From NCBI RefSeq assembly GCF_006345805.1, contig NC_042998.1, positions 55,428,001 through 55,492,000 on the forward strand: a stretch of DNA of 64,000 nt. The letters are read 5' to 3'. The notes under the pieces were generated by a model, which did not search any database, was not told where the DNA came from, and was given only the letters and a program-made list of their open reading frames with translations. The translations under genes and the position numbers were made by a program. Shown here piece after piece: positions 12,243 to 24,711 of the stretch; positions within the stretch are counted from its first letter, which is position 1, and every line of letters begins with the position of its first letter. This stretch comes from Octopus sinensis. Taxonomy: Eukaryota.

Positions 12243-12878
12243 CGCCACAATTCAAAGCAAATACCTTATCGTTACACTGCTATCTTTTTTTAACATTATT
12301 CTTTACATGACTGGCATTGTAAAAAGTTGTGCAAGGAGAAGCTTCTGGGTTGTAGGAACTTACCGCACACAGATAAAAGGAATGCAGTTCTTCCTTGACT
12401 TCTCAGTTGCTAAAAGTATCTACCATCGCGTAGTTATATTATTAAATATAGAGTCTTTTTACACATGACTTACCGAGAATGTGCTGCAACTCTACAAAAG
12501 CAGTGGTAAGAAAATAGACACCCGAATACATTATATGTACACAAGCAGATAAAACAATAGGAAATAAACTATACGAAATGCGTACGTGAACGCGTAGATT
12601 TATAAGCCTATGGTAAAGATCGAATGATGGAATTTAATGGTTGACTACGATACTAATTACGTTAGATATTTTTGTTGTGTTCCTCAACTGTATGAGTTCA
12701 AATCCTCTTGGAAACTACGTTGTCTTCTGGGATTTTGTTCGAGTGAGAAAAATCATTCAAATACATACATACATTATACAAGTATGTGTATATGTATGCG
12801 TGTGTCTATGTATATATATGTGTGTGTGCCTATGTATATATATGTGTGTTATATATTCTTTCTCTTAGTAGCTATGTA

Positions 12879-12914
<36 letters not shown>

Positions 12915-14068
12915 TGTATGTATGTTTGCATGTATGTGTATGTCCCACACATGCATCCACGCACACATATATTCGTATGTCATGTATGTATGTCCATAAA
13001 TATACATTTAATGTGTGACACAATTATGCGTGTAAAGACAAAGATTATCGAAAACAAGAAAAAAGTGACAGGAAGTCAGACTGAGGCATAGTCTGCTTGT
13101 CAACTGAAGAATATCACATGAGAAGAAACTAGGTCCCATGGATTTACGCTTTTTGATGGTGTTTGATCGGAGGAGACTTCAATGGCCGTTTGTTTGTATT
13201 CTGTCATAGAATGACAGCTCATCCCAACCGATCACACATGTGTCTAAAGCGATTGCAACGTACTGGAATTAGTTAGGAATCTGATTAACTTAAAAAGAGT
13301 AAGACAGGAAATAAATATTTTTATTTCGATTGCAATAGGTATACGGCTTTTCTTGTTCATTCTGAAGTTAGCAGAAAGGAAAGGAAAAGAAACATTATCT
13401 AGGGACGAAACCGTATGTCTTTATTACAGCTATTTTCTTCACACGCTTAAATTCGGGTTGTTAAGAAAAGCATGAAAGCCAAAGAATCTTACAAGAGATC
13501 CTCTGAAACCGGAACCCATAAGCTCATATAAAACGTCAACTGCTGTTGTTAAATCCAGATTCACTCTGATTGAGTAAACCTATTATCAAAGGCATTCCAG
13601 TTGCGACCACCTTGTCTTTTATATACAGACAACCCTTCAGCTTCTTCTATCCAAAGTGTTGTTTAACCCAATATTTACACGCTGTCATTTATAGCTTTAT
13701 CTAATTCGAGTTTCACTGTACCAAAAATCAATTATTTCACTTCTCTCAATGTTCATAAACTCTTATGACGCCATCAACATACAACTCTAGCCGGTAAGAA
13801 TAAATTTTCCTAAATGGATGCAGAACTTCGAAGGATTACCTTGGTCAAATAGTTGGGCATCTCTCATGTTTACAGGAGATGTCAGTTTCGTGTCTCACAA
13901 GCAACCTTCGACCTCTTTTTTTCCAAAGGGTTTTTAATCTAATGTTAACAGATAAAAGCTCTTATTTATAGCTTTGTCTGCTTTGACATTCTCCTCTACA
14001 AAAAATAAATATTTCGCGTTAGCTCGAAGTTTCCAAAACTCTTATATATGTGTGTGTGTGTGTGTGTA

Positions 14069-15230
14069 CAGGGTGCGTTAGATATTTGAGGACATACATT
14101 TTTGGGGTCATTGCTGCATTTTTTGCTAACTCTGTATAATTTTTGCTTCACAAATAATAATGGCAGATACTCAGCTTACTCAAGAAATGAAGAGGCATGC
14201 TGATATTGTGGTTATAAAGGCTGACCATAGCGATTTAGAAATATCTCGACTTTTAAAAGTTGCCAGATCTTTCGTCTACAAAGTTTGTAAGGAGTTAGAG
14301 ACTGAAGATGGAAACGTATCACCAGTATCAAAGCATAAAAAGCATTCTAAACGCTCTGAAAGCGTCAGAACACCTGAATTTATCCAGCAACTTCAACAGA
14401 CCATTGATTACAATACCAGAAAGTTCATGAGATCTCCATGTGTTAGAAGAAACAGTCAGAAATGTTGTCCGCGAAGACATCAGATGTCTTATATGATGAG
14501 GAAAGGTAAATTTCTCAGAAAAAGTAAAAGAAAATCACTACATAAGATCTAAAAGGCTCTTCAACAAACTGAAAAATCCAGCAGAAGATTTAATTTGGTT
14601 TTTCTCAAACGAGAAGAACGTCGACCAAGATCAAAAAGTTAGCAGGAGAAATGAGAGATGATTATGTGCAGACCCTTCTGAAGTTTCAAGTGTTATGCAT
14701 ACAAAATTTCCTGCAACTGTTATGGTTTTAGGGGTTGTAAGCAATGAAGGACATGTGATGCCTCTTTACTTCTTTCCACAAGACCTTAGAGTTAACTCTG
14801 CCGCCTACATTGAGGTGCTGTAAGTAATTGTTAAGCCCTGAATAGACCGTGTATGCAATGGAAGGTCATATGTGTTTCAATAAGACTCTGAACTATCACA
14901 CATGGCTCTAGTAACACAGGAATGGATGGCTGAAAATGTTCATGATCACATAAAATTTGGCCTCCTAATTCCCTAGATCTCAATCCATTGGACTATTACA
15001 TGTGGAGCGTTGTTGAGAAAGAAGTCAATGAAGTCGCCCATAACACCAAAGATTCTTTCAAAGCTACCATAGTCAGAGTAATGTCCAAAATGAATCGGAA
15101 CTAATTGATTCGAGCATGTAGATGATTAAGATCTCATACAGAAGTTGTTGAAGATGAAGGCGGCTTTATTGGATAACATTATAGAAAAGAAAGTTTATTT
15201 TTATCCTCACAGCATTTTTTAATAAATAAA
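14069..15230 (+). mobile_element. Tc1/mariner maT-like transposon, decayed transposase
   Basis: TA-CAGGGTG start; HTH-like ORF 14160-14552; downstream frames give WFFSNEK, VMVLGVVSNEG, VFQ*DS..SH, WPPNSLDLNPLDYY and an EGGFI end. Right TIR not found. Confidence 0.9.
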
Positions 15231-15284
15231 GTATTTTTTTATAAGCTTATAAACTCGACGCCGTATAAAAAAACATTCACACCG

Positions 15285-15333
<49 letters not shown>

Positions 15334-15367
15334 ATATATTATATATAATATATATTATATATATATA

Positions 15368-15418
<51 letters not shown>

Positions 15419-15479
15419 GTAGTTCAGTGCGACTTGTTCTTTATACGGCGCCGAGTTTATAAGCTTTAAGCTTATATAA

Positions 15480-15676
15480 AAATACTATTATTATTCCAGT
15501 TCTATATTTAAGAGATGAGCAATTATGTACATTATTTACATTCAATGGATATTTGTCCTCATCTTGTTTGTTGTTAACACAACGTTTCGGCTGATATACC
15601 CTCCAGCCTTCATCAGGTGTCTTGGGGAAATTTAGAACCTGGGTTCTCATTCCTTAGTTATTTTTCGATGTTGTTG

Positions 15677-15707
<31 letters not shown>

Positions 15708-15817
15708 ATTATTAGTAGTAGTAGTAGTAGTAGTAGTAGTATTCAGGTCACTGCTGGGAATTGAACTCGGAATCTTGAGTTAGTAGTCCGCGCTCTTAAC
15801 CACTACGCCATATACCC
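15480..15817 (-). mobile_element. tRNA-headed SINE-like element carrying a minimal hammerhead ribozyme
   Basis: Head GGGTATATGGCGTAGTGGTTAAGAGCGCGGACTACTAA...GAGTTCAATTCC (A and B boxes), then a trinucleotide spacer, then the HHR. Second copy at 60935-61258. Confidence 0.85.
15577..15620 (-). ncRNA. Minimal type I hammerhead ribozyme, core intact
   Basis: ACAC-CTGATGA-A-GGCTG-GAGGGTATAT-CAGCC-GAAA-CG-T-T-GTGT: stem I 4 bp, stem II 5 bp, palindromic ACGT stem III, predicted cleavage after GUU (15581). Confidence 0.85.
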
Positions 15818-15842
15818 GTGATTATAAATTATTATTATTTAC

Positions 15843-15919
<77 letters not shown>

Positions 15920-16517
15920 TGTATAATATATAATATAATAATAATAAATAATTTGGACAAATAAATCGATTAGAGTATTTAATACTGAATCCATCTCCTG
16001 TTAATTAATATTGTTTCCTTTCCCAAAGTATATATACAATACGTTGCTCTCAGCAAAGTCCTTTTAAGTCCTCTTGTATTAAATGCGTCATATTAGGGAA
16101 AATGCTAACTTGTTAACGCTCTCTACGAATGAATATATTTTATGTTCAAGAAATATAAGAACAGGCAGAAAACTTTAAGGCACGCAAATAGAATGTGAGG
16201 CACGTAAATAAAATGAAAAGAACACGCACAGAATGTCTGGTAGGCGCATAAAATGTAAAATACACCTTCAACATGAAAGATATATACAAAATATGTCAGA
16301 CGTTCATAAAGGAACATAGTTTGTGCCAGTGTGCACAAATTTTAAAATAAATATATTAGAAGTTATTATTATTTGTTTTCATTTGCTTATTTTTTCTATC
16401 ATGATCATCATCATAATCATTATTATTATTATTACTACTACTACTACTACTACTATTATTACTACCACCGCCACCACCACCACCACCACCACTACTACTA
16501 CTACTACAACTACTAAA

Positions 16518-16735
16518 AAGGCGGCGAGCTGGCACAATCGTTAGCGCGCAGGACGGAATGCATAGTGGTATTTCGCCCATCGCTACGTTCGGAGTTCAAA
16601 TTTCGCCGGAGTCGACTTTACTTTTCATCCTTTCGCTGTCGATAAAATAAGTACCAGTTAAACACTGGGGTTCATGTAATCGACTCATCCCCTCCTCCAA
16701 AACTGTTGCCCTTGTGGAAGAATTCGAAGCCATTA
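16518..16735 (+). mobile_element. SINE family C
   Basis: aaggcggcgagctggcacaatcgttagc...gagttcaaatt...gtcgactttacttttcatccttt. Confidence 0.9.
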
Positions 16736-16759
16736 TTATTATTTGAAATTATAATTATT

Positions 16760-16971
16760 AAGGCGGCGAGCTGGCAGTAACGTTAGCATGCTGGGCAAAA
16801 TGTTTAGCGGTAAAAAAACTCTCTCTTTACATTCTGAGACCAAATTCCGCCGAGGTCGACTTTGCCTTTCATCCTTTCAGGGTCAATAAAATAAATACCA
16901 GTTACGCACTGGCGTCGATGCAATCGACTATCCTCTCTCCCATATTTTCAGGCATTGTGCTTACGGTAGAG

Positions 16972-16975
<4 letters not shown>
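16760..16975 (+). mobile_element. SINE family C, second tandem copy
   Basis: Same head and body as 16518-16735; followed by a (TTA)n array to ~17170. Confidence 0.9.
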
Positions 16976-17034
<59 letters not shown>

Positions 17035-17051
17035 TATTATTGTTGTTGTTA

Positions 17052-17095
<44 letters not shown>

Positions 17096-17116
17096 TTTAT
17101 TATTATTATTATGTTG

Positions 17117-17155
<39 letters not shown>

Positions 17156-17945
17156 TATTATTATTATTATTTGGAATTGTCTGTAACATTTTAACCATAT
17201 GTTTCCTTACGGCAGCGAAGTAAGATACAAAAACGTGCTATTATAGGAGCTTATATGTATATATAAACACACACACGTACGTACGTATGTATGTATGTGT
17301 GCGTGTGTGTGTGTACACACACACACGCACGCACATATATAGTATGTAGATAGGGTTATAATCCAAGATGTGTCCTCATGAATCACTTCCACATTTTCTA
17401 GTACTTGAAAATGGTATGTAGATGTTATAATTGAATGAGGCATACATGAGACATGAAAAATACTGGAAAATAGCATTTGTTGAGTAATTTACATATCAAA
17501 ACAGGAGAGTGTAAGAGATTTTTCTTTTTTTTTTTTTTGCTTTTGTTTTTGGTATTGTTTATTCACCATTACAGGGGTTTCATTTGCTAATAGGAGTTAA
17601 GACAAACATGTAAGATATCTCCTTTTAGAAATTCAATTGTTCCAAGATGTCTTCTACAATAACTCTGTGCCAACCGATATCTTGTAGGTCAATCTGATCG
17701 ACTAAACCCTTAAATTTTCAACGCTGCCCATCAGCATGTGCGTGCATGTGTAATTATAATACATATTATGATCATAATACATATATATATATACATACTA
17801 CATCTATATAATATATATATATGCATGCATGTATGCGTATGTATGCATATATATATATAATCATAATACACATATATACATACATATATGTATGTATATT
17901 TGTATATGTATGTGTGTATTCATATATGTATCACTCTCTCTCTAG

Positions 17946-17992
<47 letters not shown>

Positions 17993-18351
17993 CACACACA
18001 CACACATCAGCTACCCTCCATGTTTCCTTTGTAAGGCTTACCACTTTGATTGTTATAGTATATCAAGTGATATCCATCCCTTTTTACAAGTAGATTTAAT
18101 GGATGTCAGAAATACAGTTCCCTTAAAGCTGTCTGCGTGTGTGCGTGTATACGCACACGTATTGCAACCAGCGCACAAGAGAAATTAATGTGCGCAGAAG
18201 AAATTACTGAGCGCACAGAGGATTAGTTGCGAAAATGCTGTGGCAATCAATATTACTACTTATTACACAATATTTAACAATTACATAACACACACACACA
18301 CACACACACGCACCCACGCACACATACACACATACGCACACACACATATAT

Positions 18352-18552
18352 ATTCTTTTACATGTTTCAGTCATTTGACTGCGGTCATGCTGGAGCACCA
18401 CTTTTAGCCGAACAAATCGATCCCAGGACTTATTCTTTGTAAACCTAGTACTTATTGCATCGTTATCTTCCGTCGAACCGCTAAGTTACGGGAATATAAA
18501 CACACCAACATCAGTTGTCATGCGATGGTGGGTTGATAAACATAGACACACA
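18352..18552 (-). mobile_element. SINE family A, 3' half
   Basis: Reverse complement of the family A 3' half including the tail stem-loop. Confidence 0.85.
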
Positions 18553-18565
18553 AATGCATATATAT

Positions 18566-18757
18566 AGGTGCAGGAGTGGCTGTGTGGTAAGTAGCCTGCT
18601 TACCAAACACATGGTTTTGGTTTCAATCCAATAGCGTGGTATCTTGGGCAAAGTGTCTTCTACCTATAGCCTCGGGCCGCCAAAGCCTTGTGAGTGGATT
18701 TGTTAGACGGAAACTGAAAGAAGCCCTTCGATATATATATATATATTATATAATATA

Positions 18758-18798
<41 letters not shown>

Positions 18799-19052
18799 GA
18801 TAATTATATATATATATAATATATATATATGGGGGGGTGCGTGTATATGTTTGTGTGTCTGTGTTTAATCCCCACAACATCGCCTGACAACCGATGTGGT
18901 TACGTTTACGTACTCGTAGCTTAGCGATTCGGCAAAGGAGACCGATGGAATAAGTACTAGGCTTACAAAGAATAAGTCGTGGTGTCGATGTGCTCGACTA
19001 AAAGCGATGCTTCGGCATGGCCGCAGTCAAATGACTAAATCAATAAAAAGAA
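18566..19052 (+). mobile_element. SINE family A, full length, expanded (AT)n linker
   Basis: ggtgcaggagtggctgtgtggtaag ... catggccgcagtcaaatgactaaat. Confidence 0.92.
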
Positions 19053-19065
19053 TATATATATTATT

Positions 19066-19556
19066 ATTATTACGTTCGCTATTTCCAGTAATATCGGTAC
19101 TTCGTTGTGCCTATATTTACTTCTTTGTATTTTTTCCCTCACGGGCTATTCTTTACTGAAAGGCAATACTCTAGTATTGCATTACTAATTTTTGAAACTT
19201 CTCACCGTTCTCGTTCTGTTAGCGTTCGGCGTTTCAGTCGAGTGTATTGGCATTAATGTGGTAACATCTGAAATGTTGTCGTGGTATATGTGTTGGCTGA
19301 TGAAGATAGATCAGTATATGTGGGCAGGCATATCTTGAAAAATCTGAAACCGGCGCCGGTCCCACATTGTCCTTTTCAGGTATTTCATCTTTCAGATGTT
19401 CTCCCTGGAGGTAAGACAATTTTTTTCAAGTTTGTTGCACTCACGCATTTTTGCTAGTACATACGCGGTGAAGCTATACATTAGCGTCGTATTATTACGT
19501 TCGCTATTTCCAGTAAATATCGGTACTTCGTTGTGCCATATATTTACTTCTTGTAT
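19066..19556 (+). mobile_element. Retrozyme-like unit: ~425-bp period with ~65-bp terminal direct repeat enclosing a hammerhead
   Basis: attattacgttcgctatttccagta(a)atatcggtacttcgttgtgcc(a)tatatttacttc occurs at 19066 and again at 19491. Confidence 0.7.
19290..19367 (+). ncRNA. Type I hammerhead ribozyme with all core nucleotides
   Basis: CTGATGA 19297-19303; stem II AGAT/ATCT extended by TCAG/TTGA and ATATG/CATAT; GAAA 19346-19349; stem III ACCG-GCGC-CGGT; GUC cleavage after 19361; stem I TG[T]TGG/CCACA with a 1-nt bulge. Confidence 0.85.
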
Positions 19557-19979
19557 ATATATAATATATTATATATATATATATATATTATATATATATA
19601 TATATTATATATATATTATATATATATGTGACCAACAGCTTCCTCATGTCTCCTGGAATTTATATCTGCATCTTTATGGATGGATTTACCTTCTCTGGGA
19701 AGTTAACAATCATTTTAAAAACTTTTTTTAAAAAAAACTGTGCATTATTAGAAAACATTTCAAGTCTGCCTATAATCTGACTTCAAATTCATAGAACTCA
19801 CTCCTAATACTTCATAAGGATATTTACACTCTCTAGGATGTTTGGAAAACATATATGTGATTTAGCTGATGAATATTTAACATTATATTTGCTGCAATAT
19901 TTGCAGCTTTAAATAAAATGTTCTTAGTGGAACAATTGTACTAAACTACTAATCCATTCTTGTTGCTTTTTTTCTTGGT

Positions 19980-20013
<34 letters not shown>

Positions 20014-20036
20014 ATATAATATATATATATATATAA

Positions 20037-20356
20037 AGACCCCCTTCGGTCATGAATGACCATGGGATTGCACCTAGAAAGTTACCCTCCTAGACACAAG
20101 TCCGAGCAAGGTTGTTTATGGAAGACCGGCAGTCGCCCATGCATACCAGCCTCCCCTCTCCACGCCACCAGTGTTATCCAAGGGAAAGACAAAGGTCGAT
20201 ACAGCTTGACACCAGTGACGTCACAACTCATTTCTACAGCTGAGTGAACTGGAGCAACGTGAAATAAAGTGTTTTGCTCAAGAACACAACACGCAGCCCG
20301 GTCCGGGATTCGAGCTCACAACCTCACGATCGTAAGCTCGACGCTCTAACCACTGT
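20037..20356 (-). mobile_element. SINE family B with a distinct 3' tail
   Basis: Minus strand: agtggttagagcgtcgagc...gagctcgaatccc head, family B body, tail ending catggtcattcatgaccgaagggggtc. Confidence 0.85.
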
Positions 20357-20809
20357 ATATATATATAGATAAATAAATAAATATATATATATATATATTT
20401 CTGTGTGTATATATGTGTGTGTGTGGGTTTGCTTACTATATTGTCTGTATCCTTGCTCTTTATCTTTATATAGTTGTTGTTACCATTATTGGCATTGTCC
20501 TTAGTGGTACCAATATTTGTTACGTTGACCCTCCCTCCGCCTACACATTCTCTTCTGTTGCTGCTGCTGCTGCTGCTGCTGCCGTTATTGACCAGAAGGC
20601 GGTTAGTTGTGCGTGCGTACGTTTTTTAGGGTAAAAAAAATCAAGTCTTTGAATTAGGTCTTTTCAGCCTGCTCAGATCGTTCCCCTTCGCGTCTCTAGA
20701 GATGACTAAAGCGTCGAATCTCTTGCTTAAGGTGTCCAGTATATATATAGGAAGTCTCTTATACATATACATACATACTTACATAAATACGCACACATAT
20801 AGTTATGTT

Positions 20810-20840
<31 letters not shown>

Positions 20841-21061
20841 GTGCACACACACGCACGCGCGCACACACGCACACACGCACACACACACACACACACATAC
20901 ACACACACATTCATCGATGCTGAGGTTTTATTTTCTCGTGCTGATTGTCTGAGTTTCTTTTCGAAGACATATAAATTCTTAGCTTCGAAGAAATTAATAA
21001 ACTTTAATATATATAATGGGTATATTTCACCGTTTCTCCCATTGTAAATTGAAACGTCCCC

Positions 21062-21099
<38 letters not shown>

Positions 21100-21261
21100 G
21101 TGTGTATGCATGCATATGCGGGGTTGTGCGCCTGCGCGCAGGAATTTATCTATTACATCCATTTATATATATATTAAAGATACAAATATCTACGTCATCA
21201 AATTAAAACTAACATTCTTGTAAATGACTGCAAGAAAGAATCTAGATAAGTAAAATAATAA

Positions 21262-21279
<18 letters not shown>

Positions 21280-21294
<15 letters not shown>

Positions 21295-21341
21295 TGATAA
21301 TAATAATAATAATAATAATAATAATAGTAATAATAATGATG

Positions 21342-21373
<32 letters not shown>

Positions 21374-21428
21374 GTTGATGATGGTGGTGGTGGTGGTGGT
21401 AGTGATGATGATGATGATGATGATGATG

Positions 21429-21467
<39 letters not shown>

Positions 21468-21492
21468 GTAATAATAATAATAGTAATAATGA

Positions 21493-21583
<91 letters not shown>

Positions 21584-21585
21584 CA
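21280..21585 (+). repeat. Compound (AAT)n/(GAT)n/(GGT)n microsatellite
   Basis: Direct reading. Confidence 0.97.
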
Positions 21586-22000
21586 GCAAATAATTAATTA
21601 TAAATCTAAAAAAAAAAATGCAAATAATTATAATCTTTCCTACATTGCATTCCGTCTTTCTTCTCAAAAAGATTTTCGTTTCTCTGGCTTCTTCTGCTAC
21701 AACTATTACAAGAGATTTCAATAAATGAATTGATAAATAACCAAATAATTAAATGAATAAGCAAATAAATAAATAAATAATTAAATAATTAAATGAATAA
21801 ACAAGCAGGAACTGGGATTTATAACTTTATCTGAATTTGCTAATCTCGACAGACATTACGAAATTAAACAAAGTGAAAGTGAATACATACATAATATATT
21901 CTATATATGTGTGATATATATTATATATCGTAATATATTTATTTATACATGCATACATACATATATATATATATAATATATATCATATATGTGGTTATTT

Positions 22001-22031
<31 letters not shown>

Positions 22032-22078
22032 TTATATATACATATATATATATATATATAATATATATATATATAATA

Positions 22079-22121
<43 letters not shown>

Positions 22122-22671
22122 TATAAAGTGTTACAGTTGAAATAAATCCGTATAAAGAACGTGTTTTTCTAATCCCTTCCTTAATGAATCTTGTTCTCCC
22201 TAACTCTCCCTAATACGTGTTCTATCATCAGCCATTTTACTATCATCAACGCTTACCCACCAACACATCTCATTGCTTAGCCAATTTTTTTTTCCGTCTG
22301 GCAACAACGGGCTTTATTTAACTTCGCTCTATTTGTGCTTTCTTTACTGAAAACCTCTACCCAACTCCATAAAACTTTCCTCACACACAGCGATGTTTTT
22401 TACTATTTTTATTAATATGTTTACTGTTTTTTTTTTATTTGTCCGCTACTCCTGTGCCTGCCCCTGTCAAACATGTCTATTTCCTTACTTCTTTTTCTGG
22501 TTGGTTCCTTTATAGACATAAATGGAAATATACTTTAGGATATTTTAAACAGTTGCATGCATCCATATGTATAAAGGAGCGCGCGCCTCTCTGTCTGCGT
22601 GCATGTGTGTGTGTGTGTGTAATATATAAAATCTACGTATAAATGTATGAATGTGAGTGTGTCTCTGTTTA

Positions 22672-22713
<42 letters not shown>

Positions 22714-22718
22714 GATAT

Positions 22719-23122
22719 AGGCGCAGGAGTAGCTGTGTGGTAAGTAGCTTGCTAACCAACCACATGGTTCCGGGTTCAGTCCCACTGTGTGGCATCTTGG
22801 GCAAGTGTCTTCTGCTATAGCCCCGGGCCGACCAATGCCTTGTGAGTGGATTTGGTAGACGGAACTGAAAGAAGCCTGTCGTATATATGTATATAATATA
22901 TATATGTGTATGTGTGTTTGTTTGTGTGTCTGTTTTGTCCCCCCTAGCATTGCTTGACAACCGATGCTGGTGTGTTATGTCCCCGTTACCTGGCGGTTCG
23001 GCAAAAGGCACCGATAGAATAAGTACTGGGCTTACCAAAGAAAAAAGTCCCGGGGTCGAGTTGCTCGATTAAAGGTGGTGCTCCAGCATGGCTGCAGTCA
23101 AATGACTGAAACAAGTAAAAGA
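22719..23122 (+). mobile_element. SINE family A, full length
   Basis: aggcgcaggagtagctgtgtggtaag ... cagcatggctgcagtcaaatgactgaaacaagtaaaag. Confidence 0.95.
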
Positions 23123-23689
23123 GTATACATATATATAGATATATGCATACATGCACATATACATGCATACACACACGCACATGTATATATATATATATAT
23201 ATATGCTTGAATATTTATATAAAATTAGTCTGTGTATATAGTCGCAAATGTATGCATGTGGAGTTTATATGTTTGTATGTAAATGTAAGTACGTACATGC
23301 AGGCATATATGTATGTATACACACATACACACACGCATACACACACACATACAAACACTCACGCACGCACACATACATGCACTTATATACGCATAGGTAT
23401 AACATCTAAGAATACATATGCATGTTGTCTGGGAGCAGTTATGAATACATGCGCGTGTGTGTGTGTGCTTCTGCGCACATGCCTAAGTGCTTATGGATAT
23501 CTAATGCGCGTATACAGATATCTATTCTTATAAACTCGCAACAATATGCGCATTCATAAATGTTTTGTAATAACACAGAACCGTATCCAAGCCTTCAAAT
23601 AAACAACATCGTATCATACTACCACGATGGCGAGAACCACCACCGCAACCACCGCAACCACCGCATCGTTTCTATCTTCACTACTGCTG

Positions 23690-23980
23690 CCGTCGTTGCT
23701 GCTGCTACTACTACTACAACAACAACAACTACTACTACTACTACTACTACCAGCACCAACGACGACGACGCCACTACCAATACTACTATTACTACTACTA
23801 CCACTTTCACCACTACCACTACTACTACTACTACTACTACTAAAAATTGCTGCTACGACGATGACCACCACCACGACCCCATCACTACCACCACGACTAA
23901 AAATTGTTGCTAATACCACCACCACTACCAGCACTGCTACTACTATTACTATTACAACTACTACTACTACTACTTCAAAA
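23690..23980 (+). repeat. Compound (ACT)n/(ACC)n/(ACA)n microsatellite
   Basis: Direct reading; source of the poly-T, poly-V and poly-L ORFs. Confidence 0.95.
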
Positions 23981-24304
23981 ATGGATGCTTCTACTGCTAT
24001 GACGTTTACAACTATACAACAGACGCAACTTTTTGGTAGTAGTGGTGGTACTGCTGTTTTTTCCAGTTTTATGAATTAGATGCTGCTGTTGTGGGTGTTG
24101 CTGTCGTTGTTTAACCCTGGGTCAGCCTGAATTGAGCAGATCTGCAGCGAATGGGCAATTCACTTTACAAACTTTCGAAGACAATATTTACTCATGTATC
24201 CTACCTTTTTATGTTGGTACTATATGGTTTGAGCAAGTTGTGGCCGCTATTTCCAGCAGATCAAACGTTTGATCCTGTAATAACGATACTCAGCGTAGAG
24301 TAAC

Positions 24305-24706
24305 AGGCGTGGCTGTGTGGTAAGAAGCTTGCTTCCCAACCACATGCTTCCGGGTTCAGTCCTACTGCATGGCACCTTGGGCAAGTGCCTTCTACTATAG
24401 CCTCGAGCCGACTAAAGTGTTGTGAGTGGATTTAGTAGATGGAAACTGAAAGAAGCCCGTCGTATGTGTGTGTGTATGTGTCTTTGTGTCTGTGTTTGTC
24501 CCCCACCTCAGCCTCACAACAGATGCTGGTGTGTTTCCGTCCCCGTAACTTAACGGTTTGGCAAAAGAAACCGATAGAATAACTTCCAAGCTTAAAATAA
24601 TAAGTACAACAATCGAGTCCTTCGACTAAAAAAACAAAAACTTCAAGGCGGTGCCCCAGCATGGCCGAAGTCAAATGACCAAAGCAAGTAAAAGATAAAA
24701 AATACC
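24305..24706 (+). mobile_element. SINE family A, full length
   Basis: Both halves present; tail ggcggtgccccagcatggcc at 24647-24666. Confidence 0.92.
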
Positions 24707-24711
24707 TATTT

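Noticed and set aside
13100-13140. CTGAAGA...GAAAC-TAG-GTC hammerhead-like words
   Set aside because: Stem II is mismatched and no stem I pairing is possible.
15740-15817. tRNA-like sequences here and at other SINE heads
   Set aside because: Acceptor and anticodon stems do not pair; these are SINE promoters, not tRNA genes.
16390-17170. Regularly spaced repeats that might suggest a CRISPR-like array
   Set aside because: These are tandem SINE copies and trinucleotide microsatellites in eukaryotic DNA, with no repeat-spacer structure.
23095-23120. SINE tail AGTC-AAAT-GACT-GAAAC-AA-GTA resembles the 3' half of a hammerhead
   Set aside because: No CUGANGA upstream in any copy, and the LINE homologue lacks the GUA; it is better explained as the LINE-recognition stem-loop.
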